This document shows, in pieces, positions 18,271-27,303 of a DNA stretch of 33,777 nucleotides. A program made the translations under genes and the position numbers. The stretch lies in the NCBI GenBank assembly GCA_947629805.1, contig CANRFE010000001.1:1-33777 (forward strand), written 5' to 3'. The stretch is from an uncultured Clostridia bacterium. Lineage in GTDB: Bacteria; Bacillota; Clostridia; TANB77; CAG-508. Within the stretch, counting starts at the first letter, position 1, and each line of letters opens with the position of its first letter. The notes below the pieces were generated by a model. That model was not told the DNA's origin. It did not search any database and saw only the letters and a list, made by a program, of their open reading frames with translations.

Positions 18271-20370
18271 TTAATCTGTGTTTTCTTCGCTATCAAAAAA
18301 GCCCAAGATTTGTGTAGTTCCTTGTTTTCTTCTTCTCGGCATTATAGTTTCTTGCTCTTCTTGTGGTTTTGCACGCATAGTTGCTGAAGTTAATAATTGT
18401 TTTCTTTGAACTAGTGGTTCTTCTATTTTTTCTCTTTTTACCACTGTTTCTGTTGGCACTCTTCTCTCTATTGTCACACTTCTATCGGTTGTTACTCTTC
18501 TAGGAGTGGTTGATACATTGTTTAGTAAATGTAGTTTTTTCTCCAATAGCTTGTCCATTTGCGCTTCTAATGTGCTTGCATTTATTTTAGAAGCTTCTTC
18601 TAATTTTTGTATTTTTGCTACTAATTTTTTGTTCTCTAATTGCATTTTTTGTATAGTATCTTCATATTGTTTTTTACTTTCTTCTAATTGTTGATATTTC
18701 AATAGCATACTACCTTGTGCTTTTGCATTTGCTTGTTCTAATTGTTTCCATTTTTTGCTTATTTGCTCTTGTAAAGACTGCATTGCGGTATGCATTTCTT
18801 GTGCATTTTGTTGTATTTGTTTTTGGATTGCATCTTCTTTCTTTTCCCATTCTATTTGTATTTGTCCTGTTGCTTGCTCAGAAATTTCTTTTAACGCATC
18901 TATTTCCTTTTGTATTTGTTCTTCCTTTTCTGCCATGCTTTGCTTAAGTTTGTTAAGCCCATCTTCCATTTCTTCTTCTCTATTTATTTGTTCTTCTCGT
19001 TGCTCTTCTATAGCCTCATCAATATCTTTTATTTCTTTTTCATTTTGTTCTTGTAAGGACTCTATCTCTTTTCCTAATTTTTGTTGTTCTCTCTCGAAAG
19101 CTTCTTGTATTTGCTTTATTTTTTCTTCTTGGCTTTTTTCAAAATCCTGTCTTATTTTCTTTTCTTCGTCTACCTTTTGTTGGACCTCTTCTTGCATTTC
19201 TTGTTTCTTTGCTTCTAGTTCTTCTTGCACTTGTTGTGACATTTTGCTTAATTCTTCTTGTAATTGTTGTGTTTTTTCTTTTTCTCTTTTAATAATAGTA
19301 GTTTCTATTTGCTTTTGTCTATCCTGTATTGCTTCTATGCCTTGTTGTAATTTTTTATTCTGTTTTTCTTCAAACTCTTGTCTTTTTATTTCAATTTCTT
19401 CCTGCTTTTCTTGAATCTCTTCTTGTAATTGTACCATTCCATCATTAAATTGCTTAATCAATCGGTCAGTTTCTTGTTGATTTTCCGTTGTAAAATTACT
19501 TACTATACTTTCTTGTTGATTTTTGCTTTGCTCTATATCATTTTTCATTTCTAAAAGAGTTTGATTAAACTCTTCTATTAAATTTGCTATTTGCTTTGTA
19601 GCTTTTTTATCTATTTTTTCAATTTGTGTTGCATTTTCTTTTTGATTGCTTTCTATTTCTTTTTTAAACAAAACAGATTGTTCTTGTATATCTGATACCG
19701 TTTTTTCCAAATCTTTACATTGTTGTAAGATGTCTTCTTGTTTTTCTTTTGCTTGCGTATCTAATCTTTGCACAATTTCTTGCATACTATTTACTTTCTT
19801 TTGTGTTTCTGCATTATCTTGATCTTGTGCATCTTGCATTTCAATAATTTTATCTTCAAAGTCACGATTTCTAATTTGTGCTTCTTCTCTAAATTCATTA
19901 AAACCATCTTCTAATTGTTTTTGTACTTTCACAGATTGATTTTCAATTTGTGTTTCTAATTCTTTTTTACTTTCTAAAATTTTTACAAGAAGTCTTTTTA
20001 ATTTTTGCACAGGAGTTAATTTCTTTACTTTTACAGTTAATTGTTCAAATTGTTTTTGAAATTCTTTAAATTGTTTTTCGTTTTCTAAACGTATTTTTTC
20101 TGCTACTTCATCTACTCTATTTTCTGTTTGTTCTTTTCCTTCTTTTTCTAATTTTTTCTGCTTTTCTACTATCTTTTCAATTTCTTTCTTACTTGCTTGG
20201 TATAGATCCATAATTTTTTTACATAGTAGTCGTAAAGTTTCCATTTCTTTTTCATATTTATCGTCTTGAATATAAGAATCTAATTTTTGCATTAAATCTC
20301 CCTGTGATTTTTCAAATGCATTATGAAGTTCTTTTATTTTTTCATTTAATATTTCATTATTTTCATCCAT
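18271..20370 (-). CDS. 699-aa E/K/Q-rich coiled-coil protein of unknown function
   Basis: ORF with RBS AAGGAGA, 23 nt downstream of the rseP stop and 63 nt upstream of the polC start. About 600 aa of heptad-like E/K/Q/L/I sequence. A non-coiled basic C-terminal tail of about 90 aa ends in TQILGFFDSEENTD. No TM helix or signal peptide. Confidence 0.8.
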   Translation of the reverse strand: MDENNEILNEKIKELHNAFEKSQGDLMQKLDSYIQDDKYEKEMETLRLLCKKIMDLYQASKKEIEKIVEKQKKLEKEGKEQTENRVDEVAEKIRLENEKQFKEFQKQFEQLTVKVKKLTPVQKLKRLLVKILESKKELETQIENQSVKVQKQLEDGFNEFREEAQIRNRDFEDKIIEMQDAQDQDNAETQKKVNSMQEIVQRLDTQAKEKQEDILQQCKDLEKTVSDIQEQSVLFKKEIESNQKENATQIEKIDKKATKQIANLIEEFNQTLLEMKNDIEQSKNQQESIVSNFTTENQQETDRLIKQFNDGMVQLQEEIQEKQEEIEIKRQEFEEKQNKKLQQGIEAIQDRQKQIETTIIKREKEKTQQLQEELSKMSQQVQEELEAKKQEMQEEVQQKVDEEKKIRQDFEKSQEEKIKQIQEAFEREQQKLGKEIESLQEQNEKEIKDIDEAIEEQREEQINREEEMEDGLNKLKQSMAEKEEQIQKEIDALKEISEQATGQIQIEWEKKEDAIQKQIQQNAQEMHTAMQSLQEQISKKWKQLEQANAKAQGSMLLKYQQLEESKKQYEDTIQKMQLENKKLVAKIQKLEEASKINASTLEAQMDKLLEKKLHLLNNVSTTPRRVTTDRSVTIERRVPTETVVKREKIEEPLVQRKQLLTSATMRAKPQEEQETIMPRRRKQGTTQILGFFDSEENTD

Positions 20371-20393
20371 CTTTTTTCTCCTTGGTCTCTTTT

Positions 20394-21659
20394 TTATAAA
20401 ATTCTTAAAATATCATGATAGGCAATATAAATTGATAAAGTGATTAAAAAAGCAAAGCCAATTAATTGAATATTGATTTCTACCTTTTCACTCAGTTTTT
20501 TACCCCCTCGAATTGCTTCTATACATAGCAATGCAAATTTTCCTCCATCCAAGGCAGGAATTGGCAATAAATTTGTTACTCCTAAGGATAAAGAAATTAA
20601 AGCTAAAATATTGACAAAATCTCTTAGCCCATTCGTATTTGCTACTACTTCTGAAATTCCTACTGGTCCCATAAATTGATCTACTCGTACCTGACCAGTT
20701 ACTAACATTTTTAAGTTATCAAAAATGGAGAAAGTAAAATCTTTTGTTTCAAAAAAAGCATAATAGAAAGCATTCGGAAGTGTATTTTCTGCTGTTTTAA
20801 AATAAACGCCCAAATAATATTGATAAGCAAGTTCTGGTTCCAAAAGTATTTCTAGTTGTTCGTTTCCTCTTTGAATGGTTAAAAGAAAGGATGTAGCTTC
20901 CTCTTGGCTCATACTTTCTAAAATTTCTGTTTGATTTTTTACTTCTTTTCCATTAATTTTTAGAATTTCGTCATTTGCTCTTATGCCTTGTTTTTCTGCA
21001 TTACTTCCCGGCATTACTGTAATAATTTTTGTCGATTCTCCTGAAGAAAGTCCCCTTAAATAAATACCTGTATTACGATATTCTTGTTTGGTTGGTCTTA
21101 ATGTTATTTCTTTTTGTTCTTGGTTTCTTTCTATAGTGAGTACTATTTCTTCTTCTCCTACTTGTTGCATCACTTTATCGATATCGTTCTTGGTATACAC
21201 ATTTTTTTGGTTAATTTTTTTTATTTCATCTCCTGTTTCTATACCTGCTCCTTGTGCTGCATAATCTGGTATAAGGGAATCTACAACAAGAGAAGTATGA
21301 TTTCCTACACTTGCCATTAAGATATAATAAGTTACTAAAGCAAAAACAATATTTACGAACCCTCCTGCTAATACAATGGCCATTCTTTTAGGAATACTTG
21401 CTTTACTAAAAGAACCTTCCTGTTCCGAACGTTCTTCCTCTCCTTCTAAATTTACAAATCCACCTAAAGGAATAAGCCTTATGGTATATTTTGTTTGTTT
21501 TCCTTGTTTTTGCCAAATAATGGGACCAAAACCAATAGAAAATTCATTTACCATTACCTTACATAATTTTGCTACAAAAAAGTGTCCTCCTTCGTGAATT
21601 AAAATAAGGAACCCTAATACAAATATAATTTTTATGCAACTAATAAAAAAGCTAATCAA
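20394..21659 (-). CDS. rseP: Site-2 (M50) regulated-intramembrane-proteolysis zinc metalloprotease
   Basis: 421 aa. HEGGHF (HExxH) in the first TM helix, a central PDZ-like region, NLLPIPALDGG near the C-terminus. Confidence 0.9.
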   Translation of the reverse strand: MISFFISCIKIIFVLGFLILIHEGGHFFVAKLCKVMVNEFSIGFGPIIWQKQGKQTKYTIRLIPLGGFVNLEGEEERSEQEGSFSKASIPKRMAIVLAGGFVNIVFALVTYYILMASVGNHTSLVVDSLIPDYAAQGAGIETGDEIKKINQKNVYTKNDIDKVMQQVGEEEIVLTIERNQEQKEITLRPTKQEYRNTGIYLRGLSSGESTKIITVMPGSNAEKQGIRANDEILKINGKEVKNQTEILESMSQEEATSFLLTIQRGNEQLEILLEPELAYQYYLGVYFKTAENTLPNAFYYAFFETKDFTFSIFDNLKMLVTGQVRVDQFMGPVGISEVVANTNGLRDFVNILALISLSLGVTNLLPIPALDGGKFALLCIEAIRGGKKLSEKVEINIQLIGFAFLITLSIYIAYHDILRIL

Positions 21660-21681
21660 AACAAAATCTTCCTTTCTATTT

Positions 21682-22491
21682 TTACAACAGCATCAATAAA
21701 AAATACGCAAAAGGAGCAATAAAAATAACACTATCAATACGATCTAGCATACCACCATGTCCTGGAATTAAATTACTAAAATCTTTAATTCCCGTATATC
21801 TTTTAATGCTCGATGCCGCAAAATCACCCATTTGTCCTACCAAGCTTAAAATAATAGCTATTATTATTATATAAAAATAATGAAAATTCATTCCGAAATA
21901 TGTATTACATACCCATGTATAGAGTAGATTTAACAAAACAGAGCCTATCGTTCCTGCTACACAACCTTCTATACTTTTATTGGGACTAACTTTACTAAAT
22001 TTGTGTTTTCCAAATTTTCTTCCTATACAATAAGCAAAGATATCGGTTCCCCATGCAGAGAAAAATACGTACCAAATCGTAATTCTACCATTTGTTGTTT
22101 CTCTAATAATTGGTATATACATTAAAAACACAACAATATAACAAATTCCAAATAAGGTAATCGAAATATCTTTAATATTATACTTCATATTACTAGCAAT
22201 AACTTGCGCAAATAAAACCAAAATTGCTACAGGAATAATAGCAGCAATGGTTTTTAATATGGAAGCAGGTGGAATCGTATGCATTAAAGCAATCGATAAT
22301 GCTACAATATAAGCAATCCATCTTAAATCTCTATTTTGATTTTGTTCCTTAAAACTATGAAAATACTCATGTAAACTCATAATCGCAATAATACTAATGG
22401 TAACATCTACTACATATTTATTTCCATATATTAGAATAAGAGCAACTAATGGAAAACCAATTAGTGCAGAGGATATTCTTTTTATGTCCAT
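21682..22491 (-). CDS. cdsA: Phosphatidate cytidylyltransferase
   Basis: 269 aa, polytopic. SPNKSIEG ... GHGGMLDRIDS signature. Confidence 0.9.
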   Translation of the reverse strand: MDIKRISSALIGFPLVALILIYGNKYVVDVTISIIAIMSLHEYFHSFKEQNQNRDLRWIAYIVALSIALMHTIPPASILKTIAAIIPVAILVLFAQVIASNMKYNIKDISITLFGICYIVVFLMYIPIIRETTNGRITIWYVFFSAWGTDIFAYCIGRKFGKHKFSKVSPNKSIEGCVAGTIGSVLLNLLYTWVCNTYFGMNFHYFYIIIIAIILSLVGQMGDFAASSIKRYTGIKDFSNLIPGHGGMLDRIDSVIFIAPFAYFLLMLL

Positions 22492-22503
22492 CTTTTTTCC
22501 TTT

Positions 22504-23211
22504 CTATTTTCCACCAAATTTGCGATTTCTCTTTTGATAAATTTCAATTGCTTCATCTAAATCTTTTTCTTCAAAATCTGGCCAATTTTTTTCTATAAAT
22601 ACAAATTCTGAATAGACAATTTGCCATGGTAAAAAGTTACTTGTTCTTAATTCTCCACTTGTTCTAATTAATAAGTCTGGATCTGGTTGCCCTGCTGTAT
22701 ATAAAGAATTTGATATGGTTTCTTCTGTAATTTCTTCCACTGCTAATTTTTCTTCTTTTACTTCTTGTGCAATTTTTCTAACGGCCTTTACAATTTCATC
22801 TCGTCCTCCATAATTGATAGCAATATTAAAGGTTACTCCCGTATTATTTTTTGTTCTTTCCATACATCTTTTCATGCTTTTTTGCATTTTATCTGATAAA
22901 GCACTTCTATCGCCTATTACATTAACTTTTATGTTTTCTGTATCTGCTCTTTTACTATAATCTTCTAAATAATTTTGCAATAGGAGCATAATTGCGCCTA
23001 CTTCTTCTGTCGTTCGTTTCCAGTTTTCCGTAGAAAAAGCATATACCGTAATATAGCCCAGCCCTATTTTATTGGCATAGCGCACTATTTTTTCTAAGGT
23101 TTTTGCTCCTTCTTTATGTCCTAAGCGAACGTCTAAGCCTTTTTGCCTTGCCCATCTACGGTTACCATCCATAATAATTGCAATATGTTTTGGCATTGTA
23201 CTTTGTTCCAT
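22504..23211 (-). CDS. uppS: Undecaprenyl diphosphate synthase (isoprenyl transferase)
   Basis: 235 aa. HIAIIMDGNRRWA and RTSGELRTSNFLPWQ motifs. Confidence 0.95.
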   Translation of the reverse strand: MEQSTMPKHIAIIMDGNRRWARQKGLDVRLGHKEGAKTLEKIVRYANKIGLGYITVYAFSTENWKRTTEEVGAIMLLLQNYLEDYSKRADTENIKVNVIGDRSALSDKMQKSMKRCMERTKNNTGVTFNIAINYGGRDEIVKAVRKIAQEVKEEKLAVEEITEETISNSLYTAGQPDPDLLIRTSGELRTSNFLPWQIVYSEFVFIEKNWPDFEEKDLDEAIEIYQKRNRKFGGK

Positions 23212-23231
23212 TTATCCTTTTCATTCCTTTC

Positions 23232-23780
23232 TTACAATGTCATGATTTCTTTTTCTTTTTTCTCTAGTATGTTATCTATTTCTTCTACATATTTATCCGT
23301 TAGTTTTTGAATAGCCTCCTCTGCTTGTTTTAAATCATCTTCTGTAATGCTAGATTCTTTTTCCATTTTTTTGAATTCATCTAGCCCGTCACGTCTTATT
23401 TGTCTTAGTGCTACTTTAGCTTCTTCTGCCATTTTACGAATGTCCTTTACAATTTCTTTTCTTCTTTCTTCATTTAATTCTGGAAAGTTTAATCTTATTA
23501 CTTTTCCATCATTATTTGGGGTAATTCCTATGTCAGAAGCTAAAATGGCTCTTTCTATTTCTTTTAGAACACTACCATCCCAAGGTTGAATAACAATAAG
23601 TCTTGCTTCTGGTACAGAAATTCCTGCTACTTGTTGAATTGGCGTTGCTGTTCCATAATAATCTACTGTAATTTTATTTAAAATAGCGGGATTGGCTCTT
23701 CCTGCTCTAATTTCTGATAAGTTTTCTTCGTAAACTTGAACGGTTTTTTTCATTCTTTCTTCAATATTGGTATAATCCAT
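23232..23780 (-). CDS. frr: Ribosome recycling factor
   Basis: 182 aa. Typical RRF sequence ([19 protein letters not shown] ... IRRDG). Confidence 0.95.
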   Translation of the reverse strand: MDYTNIEERMKKTVQVYEENLSEIRAGRANPAILNKITVDYYGTATPIQQVAGISVPEARLIVIQPWDGSVLKEIERAILASDIGITPNNDGKVIRLNFPELNEERRKEIVKDIRKMAEEAKVALRQIRRDGLDEFKKMEKESSITEDDLKQAEEAIQKLTDKYVEEIDNILEKKEKEIMTL

Positions 23781-23796
23781 AAAAAATCTCTCCTTT

Positions 23797-24504
23797 TTAT
23801 TTTACTATTGTTCCTATTTTTTCCCCTTTAACAATTTTAATCATATTTTCTGGTTTATCAATTCCAAATACAATAAGAGGTATTTTGTTATCCTTGCATA
23901 AAGAAGTGGCTGTTGCATCCATTACTTTTAAGTCTTGGTTTAAAATATCTAAATAGGTAATTTCATCATATTTTACCGCATTTTTCTCTTCTTTTGGATC
24001 AGCGGAATATATTCCGTCAATAGTTTTAGCCAGTAAAATTACTTCTGCTTCAATTTCTGCTGACCTTAAAGCTGCTGCCGTATCGGTTGTAAAAAATGGA
24101 TTTCCTGTTCCACAAGCAAAAATAACAACTCTTCCTTTTTCTAAATGCTTACTTGCCTTTCTTTTTATATAGGGCTCTGCAATTTGTCGCATTTCAATAG
24201 CTGTTTGTAGCCTTGTTGCTAACCCTCTTGCTTCTAAAGAATCTTGCAAAGCAAGACCATTCATAACAGTTGCCAACATTCCCATATAGTCGGAAGTAGT
24301 TCTTTCCATTTGGTGTCCATAACGACCTCTCCAAAAATTTCCACCTCCTACTACAATGGCTACTTCAACGCCTAATTCTACCATATTTTTTATTTCATCA
24401 CAAATACGACCTAAAGTTTTTGCATCAACACCCCTTTTTTCTTCTCCTCCAATGGCTTCTCCACTTAGTTTTAGTAGTACGCGCTTATATTTTATTTCAG
24501 GCAT
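23797..24504 (-). CDS. pyrH: UMP kinase
   Basis: [12 protein letters not shown] and [10 protein letters not shown] motifs. The ATG at 24504 is preferred over 24510 because AGGAGGAG lies about 9 nt upstream of it. Confidence 0.95.
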   Translation of the reverse strand: MPEIKYKRVLLKLSGEAIGGEEKRGVDAKTLGRICDEIKNMVELGVEVAIVVGGGNFWRGRYGHQMERTTSDYMGMLATVMNGLALQDSLEARGLATRLQTAIEMRQIAEPYIKRKASKHLEKGRVVIFACGTGNPFFTTDTAAALRSAEIEAEVILLAKTIDGIYSADPKEEKNAVKYDEITYLDILNQDLKVMDATATSLCKDNKIPLIVFGIDKPENMIKIVKGEKIGTIVK

Positions 24505-24668
24505 ACACATACTCCTCCTATAATTTTTATCTTATTTCTCTCATTCTATCATATAGGATAAAAAAAAGAAACATTTTCTTAAATTTTTTTCATTTTATTT
24601 TTCAACATATTTTTTCTTTTTTCGTTCATACTATATAAAAGAAAAAAATCATAAAAAGAGGAAAAATT

Positions 24669-25316
24669 ATGAATCAAATATTAGGAAATCAAATAGCAAA
24701 TTCTACTTCTAATTTATTACCAACTTCTAAAAAATTTAAGTTGATTTTTTGGATTGCTTTTTTCGTTGCTCTCTTTTGTTTTATTTTTTACTTTTTTATG
24801 CAATACCATGCATGGCAAAAAGAGAAAATTTCTCAAAACCTAGCGAATTCTTTTCAAATTCGTAATTTATATGCTACCCAAAATACCTATACTTCGCAAA
24901 GAACCTCTTTGTATTCTGAAAATACGGAGCCTTTTGTGATTGGTTTATTAAAAATTGATAAAATTGATTTACTATATCCTATTTTATCAACCACGTCCGA
25001 AGAACTCTTAAAAATTTCTCCTTGTCGTTTTTATGGGCCTATGCCAAACGAAGTTGGGAATTTATGTATTGCAGGACATAATTATGCAAATCAAACACAT
25101 TTTGGAAAATTAAGTGTTTTAAGAGCAGGGGACTCTTTTCAAATTTACGACTTAGCTAGCATTCCTGTTGAATATGTAATTTACCAAACTTCTGAAGTTT
25201 CTGCTAGTGACACTTCTTGTTTGAACCAAAATACCAATGGAAAAAGAGAAGCTACTTTAATTACCTGTAATACTATAAAAGGCACTAGAGTTGTAATAAA
25301 GGCAAAGGAAAAATAA
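24669..25316 (+). CDS. Sortase-family transpeptidase (small, class-D-like)
   Basis: 215 aa. N-terminal TM anchor, catalytic His in CIAGHNY, TLITCNT (TLxTC Cys) and downstream TRVVIKA Arg. Confidence 0.85.
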   Translation: MNQILGNQIANSTSNLLPTSKKFKLIFWIAFFVALFCFIFYFFMQYHAWQKEKISQNLANSFQIRNLYATQNTYTSQRTSLYSENTEPFVIGLLKIDKIDLLYPILSTTSEELLKISPCRFYGPMPNEVGNLCIAGHNYANQTHFGKLSVLRAGDSFQIYDLASIPVEYVIYQTSEVSASDTSCLNQNTNGKREATLITCNTIKGTRVVIKAKEK

Positions 25317-25367
25317 GCTTTCTAAAGTTTTTATATAGAAGTATTTTTTCTTTCCTTATGCCAAAAC

Positions 25368-25394
25368 AAAAAGAAGACTTGTTGTCTTCTTTTT
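25368..25394. terminator. Bidirectional terminator between the convergent sortase and pilin-like genes
   Basis: aaaaagaagac ttgtt gtcttcttttt: a 7-bp G/C-containing core extended by A/T pairs, with an A-tract on one side and a T-tract on the other. Confidence 0.6.
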
Positions 25395-25419
25395 ATACCT
25401 ATATAAATTTTGCTTGTTA

Positions 25420-26697
25420 TCAAGATGCAGAACTACATATATAAAGTGCGGGCCTGAACGTGGTTTTATAGTAGCTACCGGTCGCACTGCTGTTGCCGCC
25501 GGCGCTAGTGCAGTAATCGGTATTGAAGGCACTACCTCCCCTAGAAACACAAGGGAAGACGAAAGAATCATCCGCAAACATACAAGTTTCAGTCGTCCAT
25601 TCCTCACAATTACTTGACATATCATAGATATTACATACTTTATCTGTTGTATCCGAATCGCCATCATTTTTTCTTTCTCCTGTATTTCCTAAACTGCTAT
25701 TTCTTGATTTTTGATTTGCATAATTACTATTTCCATTTGAATATGTCTCTATAAACACTATTGCTGTATCCCATGCATAACTATTCACTAAATCACTAGT
25801 AAAATTATCATTTTCTCCATACATTGCTTTAGCTGCAGTAGCTGCATTTTGTTGGGTTATATTATTCCATAACTGTCCTAGCGTAGTTGGTGGAGTATAT
25901 GAATCTTCAAAGCTTGTTGATGGTTTACTATATGGCTTTATTCCATCTTTGTAACTTGCCTCATATCTTGCTAGATAATATCCATGATTCGTTGTTGCAC
26001 TTGTCTTAAATGCATTGATGTCTGTCGCTATTGTATTCCCTTTGCCACTTACTTCATGTTCTTCTTTTGTTTCTTCGATACAGTCAATATCAATACCATA
26101 GCTTATTACTGTTCCTTCTGTTGTTACATTTTCTGGTACTCCTGTAGAAGCATTAAATGTACACCTTTGTAATTGAATAGGAGTTGATCCACCTTCTCTA
26201 TTTTTTATATCTCCTACTGGTATCCATACAAATTGGTTTCCTTCTTCATCTGCTATTACGATTCCATCTTGTACTGTTGGTGTTCCTGTGTTAGTTGAAT
26301 ATTTATATTCTACATCATCTGTTCCATTTGGTACTATATGAAATCCTGCTGGTATTACTACGGGATTACCATATTCATCATGTACCGGTATATTTTTATT
26401 AAATGTATGTTGTGGTTGCTTTACAGCTTCTGCTGTTGTGGTAGGCTCTTTTACTGGCTCTTCTGGTGTAGTTCCTGAGCTTCCTCCTTGCCCTATCTTA
26501 TCGATTTCGGCTAATAAAGCATTAAATGCTGTCTGTTCATCTTGTTCTGCTTTTGCATAATCCTCTCTTGCCTGCAATGCTCTTCCAAAGAGTCCATTTT
26601 CTCCTAATACCAAATTAATACTAATTCCTGCCAAAATAATTAAAATAATAATGGTAATGATTAGCGCTACTAATGTTATACCTTTGTTGTTTCTCAT
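25420..26697 (-). CDS. Type-IV-pilin-like N-terminal anchor protein with C-terminal FGE-sulfatase (SUMF1) / C-type-lectin-like domain
   Basis: 425 aa. N-terminus MRNNKG|ITLVALIITIIILIILAG resembles a class III (prepilin) signal but has Ala at +5. The C-terminal part has FGE-fold landmarks: YYLARYEAS, NSYAWDTA, NIYDMSSNCEEWTTE, VSRGGS and FRPA. RBS AAGGAGG upstream. Confidence 0.75.
   Translation of the reverse strand: MRNNKGITLVALIITIIILIILAGISINLVLGENGLFGRALQAREDYAKAEQDEQTAFNALLAEIDKIGQGGSSGTTPEEPVKEPTTTAEAVKQPQHTFNKNIPVHDEYGNPVVIPAGFHIVPNGTDDVEYKYSTNTGTPTVQDGIVIADEEGNQFVWIPVGDIKNREGGSTPIQLQRCTFNASTGVPENVTTEGTVISYGIDIDCIEETKEEHEVSGKGNTIATDINAFKTSATTNHGYYLARYEASYKDGIKPYSKPSTSFEDSYTPPTTLGQLWNNITQQNAATAAKAMYGENDNFTSDLVNSYAWDTAIVFIETYSNGNSNYANQKSRNSSLGNTGERKNDGDSDTTDKVCNIYDMSSNCEEWTTETCMFADDSFVFPCVSRGGSAFNTDYCTSAGGNSSATGSYYKTTFRPALYICSSAS
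25456..25530 (-). other. Candidate DGR variable-region-like segment (NNC-codon cluster)
   Basis: 25 consecutive codons, of which 16 are NNC: gcc ttc aat acc gat tac tgc act agc gcc ggc ggc aac agc agt gcg acc ggt agc tac tat aaa acc acg ttc. The rest of the gene uses mainly A/T-ending codons. The run lies between RGGS and FRP at the end of the FGE/CLec-like fold. Confidence 0.35.
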
Positions 26698-26860
26698 GTT
26701 TCTTTTCCTCCTTATTTTTCCTTAGTTTCTCCTCGTTTTGTTCTTTTATTCTTAATGTATTATGTTTATAAGTTATTATTATTTTATATTAAAACATATA
26801 CCTTATTTTTTGTAAACTAGTTAGTTCAAAATGTAATACAATTGTAATATTTGGGGATTG

Positions 26861-26903
26861 CAAAAAACCTTCTTATAACATTTTATAATGCTATAAGAAG
26901 GTT
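26861..26903 (-). terminator. Terminator after the LPQTG-protein gene
   Basis: 12-bp stem aaccttcttata / tataagaaggtt (26866-26877 / 26892-26903). On the minus-strand transcript it is followed by UUUU. Confidence 0.5.
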
Positions 26904-26949
26904 TCTCTTTTTTATAAATTTACTTTCTATATATTTTTCTTATATAGAT

Positions 26950-27303
26950 TTATTTAATATTATACTCTCTTACTTTTTTATAAGCATAACCTGCTACTAT
27001 AATTGCTACAATAATTAATAAGAATATAGCATAATCACTAGCATCTCCTGTTTGAGGTAAATCTGTATTTTGATAAGTACTTACTTGTGTATTCGTTGTT
27101 GGTGCTGCCTGATTAATTGTTGGTTGCGTAGTTTGTTGTTCATTGTTTACAGGTGTTTCTGTATTTGTTGTTGGAAGTGTAACATTAATTCCAATTGGTC
27201 CATCAGATCCTCCTGTAGCTAATACTTTAGAAGATAGTACTAACAACATAACAAACATCATCATAATAACTAAAACTTCTTTTTTCATACTCATTTTTTT
27301 CAT
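26950..27303 (-). CDS. Small LPXTG (LPQTG) cell-wall-anchored protein
   Basis: 117 aa. Signal peptide (...SSKVLA|TGG), T/N/Q/P-rich segment of about 55 aa, LPQTG, hydrophobic stretch AIFLLIIVAIIVAGYAY and basic tail KKVREYNIK. RBS AAGGAGA upstream. Confidence 0.8.
   Translation of the reverse strand: MKKMSMKKEVLVIMMMFVMLLVLSSKVLATGGSDGPIGINVTLPTTNTETPVNNEQQTTQPTINQAAPTTNTQVSTYQNTDLPQTGDASDYAIFLLIIVAIIVAGYAYKKVREYNIK

Noticed and set aside
18506-19414. Plus-strand ORFs of 62, 76 and 219 aa (Cys/Ser/Phe-rich) inside the coiled-coil gene
   Set aside because: They are the complement of GAA/AAG/CAA-rich codons, which stays open by composition. They have no RBS and no plausible protein features. 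The minus-strand coiled-coil ORF is far longer and sits in an operon context.
25356-25667. Overlapping ORFs of 103 aa (-) and 67 aa (+, 25414-25617) at the 3' end of the pilin-like gene
   Set aside because: They are by-products of the local GC-rich (NNC codon) patch, which removes stop codons in other frames. The 425-aa frame carries the recognisable FGE-fold motifs.
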